A stretch of DNA of 64,000 nucleotides from an uncultured Tenacibaculum sp. (GTDB taxonomy: Bacteria > Bacteroidota > Bacteroidia > Flavobacteriales > Flavobacteriaceae). The notes under the pieces are model-generated. The model was given only the letters and a program-made list of their open reading frames with translations, had not been told where the DNA came from and made no database searches. Shown one piece after another: positions 49,720 through 57,981 of the stretch. The DNA lies in NCBI RefSeq assembly GCF_947498805.1, contig NZ_CANMLT010000012.1, positions 181 through 64,180 of the forward strand, given 5' to 3'. Position numbers and translations under genes: made by a program. Every line of letters begins with the position of its first letter. Positions within the stretch are counted from its first letter, which is position 1.

Positions 49720-50283
49720 ATGAAAAACTATATAACTTACTACTTCATTCTATTCTTAGTAGTTTTTTCAAGCTGTAGTAGTGATGACGAAGCTACTCCC
49801 GAGCAACCAGCTCAATTTCCTATGAAAGCTTTAATAGAAAGTGCTGTCTTAGACTTACAATCAACGATAAATAGTCCTAATACTTTTGAGGTTGGTTATC
49901 AATTTAAAACATTTAAAAACGGAAAAATTAAATCTGTAAGTATCAGGCTTCCTGCTAACGGCGATTTTCGTGTCTCTGTATGGAACTTTGATACGCAAGA
50001 AATACTCCTTACACAACAAGTTACTTCAAGTAATGGATTAATTTCTACGGAAACCATTACTCCTATTAACATAACATCGAGCGTGAACTATTTTGTTTCT
50101 GTAAATACAAGTGACTATTATGTATTCAATAAAGGAGGAGCTGTCATATTCCCATCTGACATAGGTGACGTTTTAGTTAAAGGATATGGAAGTTATTTAG
50201 GTACTTCTCAAATGCTTCCTAGTACATTCTCTACAACTTCTTATCTAGGTATGGTAGATATTGAGTTCGTACCAGATAATTAA
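49720..50283 (+). CDS. hypothetical lipoprotein (possibly DUF4082-like)
   Basis: Lipobox VVFSSCSSDDE. The beta-rich domain resemblance is tentative. Confidence 0.45.
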   Translation: MKNYITYYFILFLVVFSSCSSDDEATPEQPAQFPMKALIESAVLDLQSTINSPNTFEVGYQFKTFKNGKIKSVSIRLPANGDFRVSVWNFDTQEILLTQQVTSSNGLISTETITPINITSSVNYFVSVNTSDYYVFNKGGAVIFPSDIGDVLVKGYGSYLGTSQMLPSTFSTTSYLGMVDIEFVPDN

Positions 50284-50415
50284 ACAAGACATTTTAGAAG
50301 TGTAAAAGTGCTTTTTCTAATAAAATTTTACATCCATTCACACTTCTTTTGCATTCATTTGACACTTTCAAATGTTAACTAAAATAGTTTTACTCTGAAT
50401 TTAAAACTAAATCTC

Positions 50416-50979
50416 ATGAGAAAAATTATTATTGCATTTGTTTGTGTTTTTTGTCTGGCGACAAAAAATTATTCCCAAGAAAAACTACATATAAATACTG
50501 CCAAAAGTACTATTAAATGGATTGGGGCATATACTTTTTATTTTGGTGGACATGATGGATTTATCAATTTTAAAAATGGCCATTTTATTAAAACTGACAA
50601 TATGATTACTGGAGGAGAATTTATTATTGATATGAATTCAATAACCAATACTGATATTAAAGAACAAGAGGGAAAAGACAATCTAATTAATCATTTAAAA
50701 GACCCGGACTTTTTTGATGTAGAAAAATTCCCACTAGCTAAACTTGTAATCACAAAGGTTGAATATTCCGATGATACCCATGCTAGACTTGAAGCAGATC
50801 TTACTATGAAAGGAATTACAAAATCTATTAACTTTAGAGCCGAATTTAATTATGAACTAAAAGAAATGACCACACGATTTAAAATCGATAGAAGAGCATG
50901 GGAGGTGAACTATACAAGTAAATTTAAAGATGGTGCTATCTCTGACGGAATTGGTTTTGAAGTATCTGTAAAATTATAA
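50416..50979 (+). CDS. YceI-family periplasmic protein
   Basis: Signal peptide. STIKWIGAYTF..GGHDGFINFKNG...DMNSITN pattern of YceI-like domains. Confidence 0.75.
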   Translation: MRKIIIAFVCVFCLATKNYSQEKLHINTAKSTIKWIGAYTFYFGGHDGFINFKNGHFIKTDNMITGGEFIIDMNSITNTDIKEQEGKDNLINHLKDPDFFDVEKFPLAKLVITKVEYSDDTHARLEADLTMKGITKSINFRAEFNYELKEMTTRFKIDRRAWEVNYTSKFKDGAISDGIGFEVSVKL

Positions 50980-50982
50980 ATC

Positions 50983-52062
50983 ATGAAAAAAGTATTTTTA
51001 ACTTTTATTCTCATATTTCCTTTATTCTTAGGATTCTCACAAGAGAAGGAAGATATATCCATATTTAAAAACACTAAAAACTGGAAACAAGAAATTATTA
51101 AATTTCCTGTTAAATGGGCACCTAAACTAAAGCTAAAAGGTTTTGAGGAACTTTTGTTCACTCCTCATTGGTCAGATTCAAAACACAATGAATTTTGGTC
51201 TTTAATTATGGGATGGAAAATAGAGACATCGGCTCCTCTAAAACTAAAAGAAATAGAAAGTGGATTTAAGAGTTATTTCGATGGATTAATGATTCCCAAT
51301 CATTGGGCTACAAAATTTCCAGCTCCTAAAGTGAATCTAAAAAAAGGAGATAACGGCTTCATTGGAACCATGGTTCTTTTTGATGGCTTTCATACGGGAA
51401 AATTAATTAACATAAATATTCAGGGAGAGCAACAATTTTCTAAACAGCATAAAAAATCTATTGTTACGTTTCGTTTATCTCCAAAAGACTTTCATCATGA
51501 AGTTTGGAAGAATCTTAACGAAATTCAACTAAAGGAAAGCAACAATAGTATTATTCAATTAGACGCTTCATGGGGAAAAGAAATTTTTTCATTCCCAATC
51601 AGTTTTGCTAAAAATATTGATTACAAAGGAATTGCCGAAGTACGGTTTCCTCCAAAAGGTTGGAGAAATCCAGAACATGAAAACTTTTGGTCTTATACCT
51701 ATGCTTGGGATATTGAACTGGATAGAAAAATTACAGTTAAAGAATTGACTTCCGACTTAGAAAAATATTTTGATGGTTTAAATGGAGTTGGAAGAGATAA
51801 AGCAATGGACCAACACAAAACCGTTGCTACCATAACCAAAATTAAAAGCACAAAGTCAATCAATTTCTTTATAGGAACTGTCAAAACATATGATCGCTTT
51901 GCCACACACAAACCTATAACACTTAATGTATTTATTGAAAGTATTACTTGTGATAAACAGCAGAAAACGGTTTTATTTTTTAAACTTTCTCCGAAACCTT
52001 TTGAACACAAAACATGGAAAACACTGGGTGAAATTCATCTAACTTCACCTATTTGTAAATAA
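50983..52062 (+). CDS. secreted hypothetical protein made of two tandem homologous domains
   Basis: The two halves align: EIIKFPVKWAPKLKLKGFEELLFTPHWSDSKHNEFWSLIMGWKIE versus EIFSFPISFAKNIDYKGIAEVRFPPKGWRNPEHENFWSYTYAWDIE. Both end in F(R/K)LSPK(D/P)F(H/E)H(E/K)(V/T)WK. Confidence 0.6.
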   Translation: MKKVFLTFILIFPLFLGFSQEKEDISIFKNTKNWKQEIIKFPVKWAPKLKLKGFEELLFTPHWSDSKHNEFWSLIMGWKIETSAPLKLKEIESGFKSYFDGLMIPNHWATKFPAPKVNLKKGDNGFIGTMVLFDGFHTGKLININIQGEQQFSKQHKKSIVTFRLSPKDFHHEVWKNLNEIQLKESNNSIIQLDASWGKEIFSFPISFAKNIDYKGIAEVRFPPKGWRNPEHENFWSYTYAWDIELDRKITVKELTSDLEKYFDGLNGVGRDKAMDQHKTVATITKIKSTKSINFFIGTVKTYDRFATHKPITLNVFIESITCDKQQKTVLFFKLSPKPFEHKTWKTLGEIHLTSPICK

Positions 52063-52064
52063 CT

Positions 52065-52096
52065 AAAAAGCCTCAGGAATCCTGAGGCTTTTTTTT
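52065..52096. terminator. bidirectional terminator
   Basis: aaaaag-cctcagg-aat-cctgagg-ctttttttt. Confidence 0.85.
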
Positions 52097-52116
52097 ATAT
52101 CTAATGAATGTTTAAT

Positions 52117-53346
52117 TTAGTATTCAAACGTTCCGTATTCACTTTTAATAGTAAGCTTTTTAGTTTCAGAAGCTGCTACTTTACCTATAATCTGTGCATT
52201 TACATTATACGACTTAGAAATTGCAATAATATCTTCTGCCACTTCAGAAGAAACATATAATTCCATTCGATGACCACAATTAAATACTTGATACATTTCT
52301 TTCCAATCTGTTTTAGATTGCTCTTGTATTAATTTAAATAATGGTGGAACTGGAAACATATTATCTTTTACAATATGTAAGTTATCTACAAAATGTAAAA
52401 TTTTCGTTTGAGCACCTCCACTACAATGTACCATTCCATGTACATTATCTGAGTTGTATTTTGACAAAATCTCTTTAATAATTGGAGCATAAGTTCTTGT
52501 TGGTGAAAGCACTAATTTTCCTGCGTCAATTGGAGCATCTTCAACAGCATCTGTTAATTTAACACCTCCTGAATATACCAAATCAGAAGGAACAGCAGCA
52601 TCAAAACTTTCTGGGTATTTTTCTGCCAAATATTTATGAAAAACATCATGACGTGCAGAAGTTAATCCATTAGACCCCATACCTCCATTATATTCTTTTT
52701 CATATGAAGCTTGCCCAAAAGATTCTAAACCTACAATAACATCTCCTTCTTGAATATTAGCATTATCAATAACATCTGCTCTTTTCATACGAGCTGTTAC
52801 GGTTGAATCTACAATAATCGTACGAACTAAATCTCCTACATCAGCCGTTTCTCCTCCAGTAGAATGAATAGTTACTCCAAAGCTTTTCAATTCAGAAATT
52901 AACTCTTCAGTTCCATTAATAATTGCTGAAATAACTTCACCTGGAATCAAGTTTTTATTTCTTCCTATGGTAGACGATAACATGATGTTATCTGTAGCTC
53001 CTACACATAACAAATCGTCTATATTCATAATTAATGCATCTTGTGCAATCCCTTTCCAAACAGAAACATCTCCTGTTTCTTTCCAGTACATATAAGCTAA
53101 CGAACTTTTCGTTCCAGCCCCATCGGCATGCATTATTAAACAATATTCCTCGTCATTAGTTAAATAATCAGGAACGATTTTACAAAAAGCTTTAGGAAAC
53201 AATCCTTTATCAATGTTCTTAATAGCATTATGAACATCTTCTTTTGATGCAGAAACACCACGTTGTGCGTAGCGTTTAGAAATTTCTTGACTCATTTGTT
53301 GTGTTGTTGTTGAGTGCAAATTTAGTTTTTCTAATGTTGTAACCAT
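52117..53346 (-). CDS. purM: phosphoribosylformylglycinamidine cyclo-ligase (AIR synthase), Bacteroidetes long form
   Basis: RYAQRGVSASKEDVHNAI N-terminus, DGAGTK and GMVHCSGGAQTK motifs. The true start may be the internal Met (MSQEIS). Confidence 0.85.
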   Translation of the reverse strand: MVTTLEKLNLHSTTTQQMSQEISKRYAQRGVSASKEDVHNAIKNIDKGLFPKAFCKIVPDYLTNDEEYCLIMHADGAGTKSSLAYMYWKETGDVSVWKGIAQDALIMNIDDLLCVGATDNIMLSSTIGRNKNLIPGEVISAIINGTEELISELKSFGVTIHSTGGETADVGDLVRTIIVDSTVTARMKRADVIDNANIQEGDVIVGLESFGQASYEKEYNGGMGSNGLTSARHDVFHKYLAEKYPESFDAAVPSDLVYSGGVKLTDAVEDAPIDAGKLVLSPTRTYAPIIKEILSKYNSDNVHGMVHCSGGAQTKILHFVDNLHIVKDNMFPVPPLFKLIQEQSKTDWKEMYQVFNCGHRMELYVSSEVAEDIIAISKSYNVNAQIIGKVAASETKKLTIKSEYGTFEY

Positions 53347-53404
53347 AAAAAAACCGAATGATTTTTAAATTCACCCGGTTTCTTACAAAAATTCAAGTTT
53401 CACA

Positions 53405-54916
53405 TTATTCCCAATCTGGCATTGTAGCGTTTTCAAACAAAACAACTCGTAAAATATTACCAGTTAAATTCGTTTTAACCACATTCTTTTGAGAGATCCC
53501 ATCATTGGATGTATTCACAAAAATCACCTCTGCTTCATTTGGTGAGAATCGAGCATCCAAATCATTGGTTCCTCCTCCTTTTTGAGCTCCAGACACATCT
53601 GTATTACTCATCGATGTAAAGTCATATATAAATACTCTTGTATCTAACTGTCTATAATTTGTTGACTGGAAATTTGAGACATCTCTGGTATACAACAATC
53701 GATTACCCGATGCTGATAAGTTTAAACCTCCTAATGCTCCAACTGCTCCAGTAATTACTGTTTGTAGTACATTTCCGTTAATATCTATGGTAAAAATTGA
53801 TCCATTGTATCCGCTTGCATTGTTTGTTTTTAATGCTATTTTAGTCCCATCTTCACTCAAATCACATTCAGAAATCAAGCTTCCATCGGTAGTTTCATAA
53901 ATCATTTGTAATCCACTACCATCTTTATTAATCATATATAATTTCCCAAAATTTGGATAGATTAACTTGTTTCCATCTGGTGACCATGAAAAGTCTATTT
54001 CATTTAAATTAAAACCTTTTACCGGAACGGAAGAAGTTACCTTTTTAACATCATTGCCATTTACCTTCATCGTGTAAATATGTGCTTCATTGTTATCTGT
54101 TCTTAAAAAAGCTATTAAATTAGAGGTATTACTCTTACGAGGTCTCCACGAATTCATATTTTCTGAAGTTAATTTTATTTGATTTTCTGCACTACCATTT
54201 TGTTGATTAAAACTTCCAGAATAGATGACACTATTACCATTTTCATTTTTAACATAGAAAAAACGATTTCCAGGATCTTCTTTTACTGTAAAAGAAAAAA
54301 CAGAACTAGATACTGAGTCATTTATTCCATCGGAAGCTATCACCTGCCAAAAATATTTTACTCCAAATTTTAAATCGGTTAATTCTAACATCGCTTCCTT
54401 AATATCCTCATACTTCTTTATTTCACTATCTACATCATTTCTTAACTCTACAACAAAAGTTAGCGCATCTTGATCGGGATCTGTTGACTCCCACGTTAAA
54501 TTTATCGCATTTGTTAAATCTGTAGCTCCATCGGTTGGTGTCAATAAACTTGGTGTACTAGGAGGCTGATTTAACGCCGTAGAAATTTCCATTTCCAACA
54601 CCACATTCACCACATTTTCTTTATTTACTGTAGCTCCTTCAAACTTATCTAAATATCCATCTTTTTTGGCTTGAACAGAATAATCTTGTGCTTCAATGCC
54701 TTTAAACGAAAAATTACCTTCTGCATCTGTAAATGTGGTATTATTTGATGGTGATAAAGTGATTTTCACATTCTCTAAAGGTTCAAAATCTGATTTTTTT
54801 ACCACTTTCCCTGTCAAGTCTCCATACTGAACCAATCCTATTGAACTATCTTCTCCACACTGAATAAACAATGCAAAAATTAATAATAGTCCTATTTTTT
54901 GTAACTGTCTTTTCAT
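53405..54916 (-). CDS. lipoprotein with a carboxypeptidase-regulatory-like domain, an FN3-like domain and TolB/PD40-type beta-propeller repeats
   Basis: Lipobox FIQCG. GKVVKK...ENVKITL...FTDAEGNFSFKGI (CarboxypepD_reg-like). Repeated S.DG.KI.Y / SPDGNKLIY / S.SGNRLLY / FSPNEAEVIF motifs. Lies 11 nt downstream of csgG on the same strand. Confidence 0.65.
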   Translation of the reverse strand: MKRQLQKIGLLLIFALFIQCGEDSSIGLVQYGDLTGKVVKKSDFEPLENVKITLSPSNNTTFTDAEGNFSFKGIEAQDYSVQAKKDGYLDKFEGATVNKENVVNVVLEMEISTALNQPPSTPSLLTPTDGATDLTNAINLTWESTDPDQDALTFVVELRNDVDSEIKKYEDIKEAMLELTDLKFGVKYFWQVIASDGINDSVSSSVFSFTVKEDPGNRFFYVKNENGNSVIYSGSFNQQNGSAENQIKLTSENMNSWRPRKSNTSNLIAFLRTDNNEAHIYTMKVNGNDVKKVTSSVPVKGFNLNEIDFSWSPDGNKLIYPNFGKLYMINKDGSGLQMIYETTDGSLISECDLSEDGTKIALKTNNASGYNGSIFTIDINGNVLQTVITGAVGALGGLNLSASGNRLLYTRDVSNFQSTNYRQLDTRVFIYDFTSMSNTDVSGAQKGGGTNDLDARFSPNEAEVIFVNTSNDGISQKNVVKTNLTGNILRVVLFENATMPDWE

Positions 54917-54927
54917 ACTATTTAATT

Positions 54928-56274
54928 TTATAGATAGATATTAAAACCAAACCCAAAACGCCAAACCATATCATTTTTCTCTCCTACCGACTGCCTATCG
55001 AGATCATCTCTTGTTAGCATATTCCCTTCTCCATTTAAATAAATACCGAATTTATTGGTGATCAAATACTCGACACCAACTCCTCCTTGAATCTTAAAAA
55101 ATGTTTGGCTTAAATTTTTCCTAGAAATAGAACCTATTCCTGTATATATATAAGGTGTCAAACGCTCTCTTGGAAGTACTACATACTCAAAGTTTAACCC
55201 AGATGTTATAAAGGCTTCATGGAAACTCCCTTTGTTATTGAGTTCAAATCTTCCTATGGTTCCCCAAAAATTAAACCTTCTATTATCAAAAGTATATTTG
55301 GCTTTTAAATTGAATCCAAACTGATACGTTGCATTTGCATAATCTCCTTGGATTCTTGAAACTCCCATATCTGCCCCAGCAGCCAATCTTCCTCTTCTCT
55401 CTTCTTGTTTTCTATTATGTAGCAAGGTATTCTTAGCTTCAAATTTCTCCTTACTAACTTGTTCTTTAAATAAATTCCTAACCGACTTATCTCCATTCAC
55501 ATTCCATAAACCATCGGCTACACCTTCAATAATAAGTTGTTCAACCGCTTTGTCTATTGCCGATTTTACCGCTAGTTGCGTAGGTTCGGTTTTTGTAACT
55601 CCTGTTTCAACTTCTAACAATCTTCTCAAGGAAACAAATCTGTACAAATTCGCTGAAATTCCTTGTGATAAAATGGTTTTTGAAACATATACGTTTTTAA
55701 GAATTTCTCCATTAGATGTTGATACCGCTCTTAAATACACGGTAATCCTATCTTCTCTATATTGATTTGAACCTCCTACTCCAAAATATCGAAGACCAGA
55801 GCCTCCTGTAATTATATTTGAATCGTAAGAAACAACTCCTCCTTCTAAAATGATACCCGCAAACAATAGCGGTGGCATTTTTTTAGACTTGTTTCCTTCG
55901 TATTCTTGACGAGTAGATCTAATAATTTGTCTTTCGTTAAGTAGGTTTGCTATATTCTCTCTCTCAATGGGTTTGAACCATTTAGTTTCTTCTAATGACT
56001 TTAACAAAATAGCCGTTCCTCCTTGGGTTACTGCAGTGCTAAATGTAGATCCATTTTCCGCGGGTTTATATTGCCCCGTTTGATCTCTAAACTTATACAC
56101 ACCTACAATAATCTTATCTTTTGGAGTAAATTCTTTTACTAAATTGTTAAATGAAGAAGTGCTTTCACCGATCCGTGCCTTAGTTTGATTAAAAGGTTGA
56201 TTGAAATAAGCTCCACAACCCGTTAACATGAGCAATACAAAACTAAAACATGCTAATAATAGTGTTTTTCTCAT
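54928..56274 (-). CDS. csgG: CsgG-family curli secretion lipoprotein fused to a C-terminal outer-membrane beta-barrel-like extension
   Basis: Lipobox LMLTGCG, and I judged the first 270 aa or so CsgG-like (VGVYKFRDQTGQ, TQGGTAILLKSL, ERENIANLLNERQI). The last 170 aa or so alternate in amphipathic strands and end in FGFGFNIYL. Confidence 0.8.
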   Translation of the reverse strand: MRKTLLLACFSFVLLMLTGCGAYFNQPFNQTKARIGESTSSFNNLVKEFTPKDKIIVGVYKFRDQTGQYKPAENGSTFSTAVTQGGTAILLKSLEETKWFKPIERENIANLLNERQIIRSTRQEYEGNKSKKMPPLLFAGIILEGGVVSYDSNIITGGSGLRYFGVGGSNQYREDRITVYLRAVSTSNGEILKNVYVSKTILSQGISANLYRFVSLRRLLEVETGVTKTEPTQLAVKSAIDKAVEQLIIEGVADGLWNVNGDKSVRNLFKEQVSKEKFEAKNTLLHNRKQEERRGRLAAGADMGVSRIQGDYANATYQFGFNLKAKYTFDNRRFNFWGTIGRFELNNKGSFHEAFITSGLNFEYVVLPRERLTPYIYTGIGSISRKNLSQTFFKIQGGVGVEYLITNKFGIYLNGEGNMLTRDDLDRQSVGEKNDMVWRFGFGFNIYL

Positions 56275-56302
56275 AGAGGTTAATTTTAGTTGGTTTACGT
56301 TA

Positions 56303-56716
56303 TTAATTTCTAGGAATCACAATTTGAGTTTGCTCTCCTGTTTCTGTATTTAGAATTTTCACTAACAGTCCTCCTCTAGTAGGAGTAATTTCTATTGCTA
56401 ATGTTCCGAACACATAAGTTCCTACTGTTAATTCTTCATCTCCAAACTGCTCTTGAAAAAGGTTGTTTGAAAGAGAATTTAACAATTGTCTATTTAAGCT
56501 TTCAGTAAAATTATCTAAATCAGATTGTTGGTCTAATCCATCATTCGTTTCTTGAAAATCATTTTGCGCATTTGCAGATGCCAACAACTGTTGATATGCA
56601 AATGGATTGTTTCCTCCAAAAAACGGACTTATAGGTCTATAGGTTAATGTTTGTGACATTAAAGACACACTAAAAAACAACAATGGTATTAGCAAAAAGT
56701 ATATTTTTTTCCCCAT
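56303..56716 (-). CDS. csgF: curli assembly protein CsgF
   Basis: LTYRPISPFFGGNNPFAYQQLLASANAQN and LDNFTESLNRQLLNSL parallel E. coli CsgF ([44 protein letters not shown]). Confidence 0.85.
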   Translation of the reverse strand: MGKKIYFLLIPLLFFSVSLMSQTLTYRPISPFFGGNNPFAYQQLLASANAQNDFQETNDGLDQQSDLDNFTESLNRQLLNSLSNNLFQEQFGDEELTVGTYVFGTLAIEITPTRGGLLVKILNTETGEQTQIVIPRN

Positions 56717-56719
56717 ATC

Positions 56720-57451
56720 TTATATTTTTTGATTCTTTAAAACTCTTCGTTGTCTTGCGTAAATTCTCAATCTATTCATTGATACATTTACTACTTCTCT
56801 TAGAAAGTCTTCACTTGGATTCGATCTAAATTCGAAAATCATATTATCTTCTACTTCAACACTAATATTGGTTGTTCTCGTTAATCCAGGTCTTTCTTTT
56901 ATTTTTATGATGAAAGGATATTTTATTCCTGATAGTAAATACGATTGATAAAAAAAATCATAAAAGTCCTTTCCTATTTTCGTTATTGCCTCATCTATTA
57001 CTAAGCCTTTAATTATAAAGCTGGCTTCATCTATTTTAGTAGTCTTTTTCTTTACTTTTTTCACTCCTCCTAATGAAAAAGTATCTCTTGAAATAAGCTT
57101 CTCTTTATGCTTTACAAACAAGTAAGCTTTCAATTCTTCTCCTTTATTCATATTCAGCCTTATCAAGGCTAATTCTTTCTTTTCATTGGGTTTTACTGAA
57201 AATTCTCCCGACTGTTTATTGTTTGAATAATTTCCATTAACATCTTTCTTTAAAGCCACCAAATTGTAACTTAATTCATCTACAAATAAAACCCCATCAT
57301 TTACTACCTCTGCTTTTAAATTTATAAAATTGTCGCTCTTAACAACTTGTATTTTCCCTGAGATATTGGCACCTTCCTGCGCACAAACCATTGTAGAAAT
57401 ACAAAGCAGTAAAACGAAATATCTTTTATTTAAAAACATCATTTTTAGCAT
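56720..57451 (-). CDS. csgE: CsgE-like protein with an extra N-terminal domain of about 130 aa
   Basis: The C-terminal part GLVIDEAITKIGKDFYDFFY...IKERPGLTRTTNISVEVEDNMIFE parallels E. coli CsgE (GLLTDHTVSSIGHDFYRAF...[24 protein letters not shown]). Confidence 0.75.
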   Translation of the reverse strand: MLKMMFLNKRYFVLLLCISTMVCAQEGANISGKIQVVKSDNFINLKAEVVNDGVLFVDELSYNLVALKKDVNGNYSNNKQSGEFSVKPNEKKELALIRLNMNKGEELKAYLFVKHKEKLISRDTFSLGGVKKVKKKTTKIDEASFIIKGLVIDEAITKIGKDFYDFFYQSYLLSGIKYPFIIKIKERPGLTRTTNISVEVEDNMIFEFRSNPSEDFLREVVNVSMNRLRIYARQRRVLKNQKI

Positions 57452-57457
57452 ACTTTT

Positions 57458-57901
57458 TTAAAAGTTTCTAATGATTATTGATTTATAATCTGACTTTTGA
57501 TAAATCTTAATTTTATCTGTAAAAGAGTTGGTGCCATATATATGTAATGAATTAGCGGTACCTTCTTGTAAAACATTCATATTAGACTCTCTAGAGTTGT
57601 AATAATCAATAAAATTGTAATAATTTTTAGCTCCAGTTTGTCTTACTGTTTGAAAGTCATTTACTCCTGCTTTTATATTTAAAAGATTTCCTTCTCCAAT
57701 TTGTGAAATCACAAACTGACGATTATCTAAGCTTCTTCCTAAACTTAATCCATTCGTACTATTGTTATTATGAGTTAATGACTCTAAACTTATCTGCTGT
57801 ACAAACAATACTTCTCTATCTCTTTCTTTATCGGAAGTCTCTTGACTTAGCAACGTTCCGCTACTAAAGAAGAGTATCCCAAAAATTATTAGAAACCTCA
57901 T
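57458..57901 (-). CDS. minor curlin-repeat protein (CsgB-like candidate)
   Basis: Signal peptide. Degenerate Q-x-G-x-x-N units (ISQIGEGNLLNIK, VRQTGAKNYYNF, VLQEGTANSLHIY). Confidence 0.6.
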   Translation of the reverse strand: MRFLIIFGILFFSSGTLLSQETSDKERDREVLFVQQISLESLTHNNNSTNGLSLGRSLDNRQFVISQIGEGNLLNIKAGVNDFQTVRQTGAKNYYNFIDYYNSRESNMNVLQEGTANSLHIYGTNSFTDKIKIYQKSDYKSIIIRNF

Positions 57902-57981
57902 ATCTTTTATCTTTAGATTATTAAGAGAGGAGCTTGATTATTCAAGCTCTCTCTCTAAAATTGTTTAGTTAGTTATAAATT

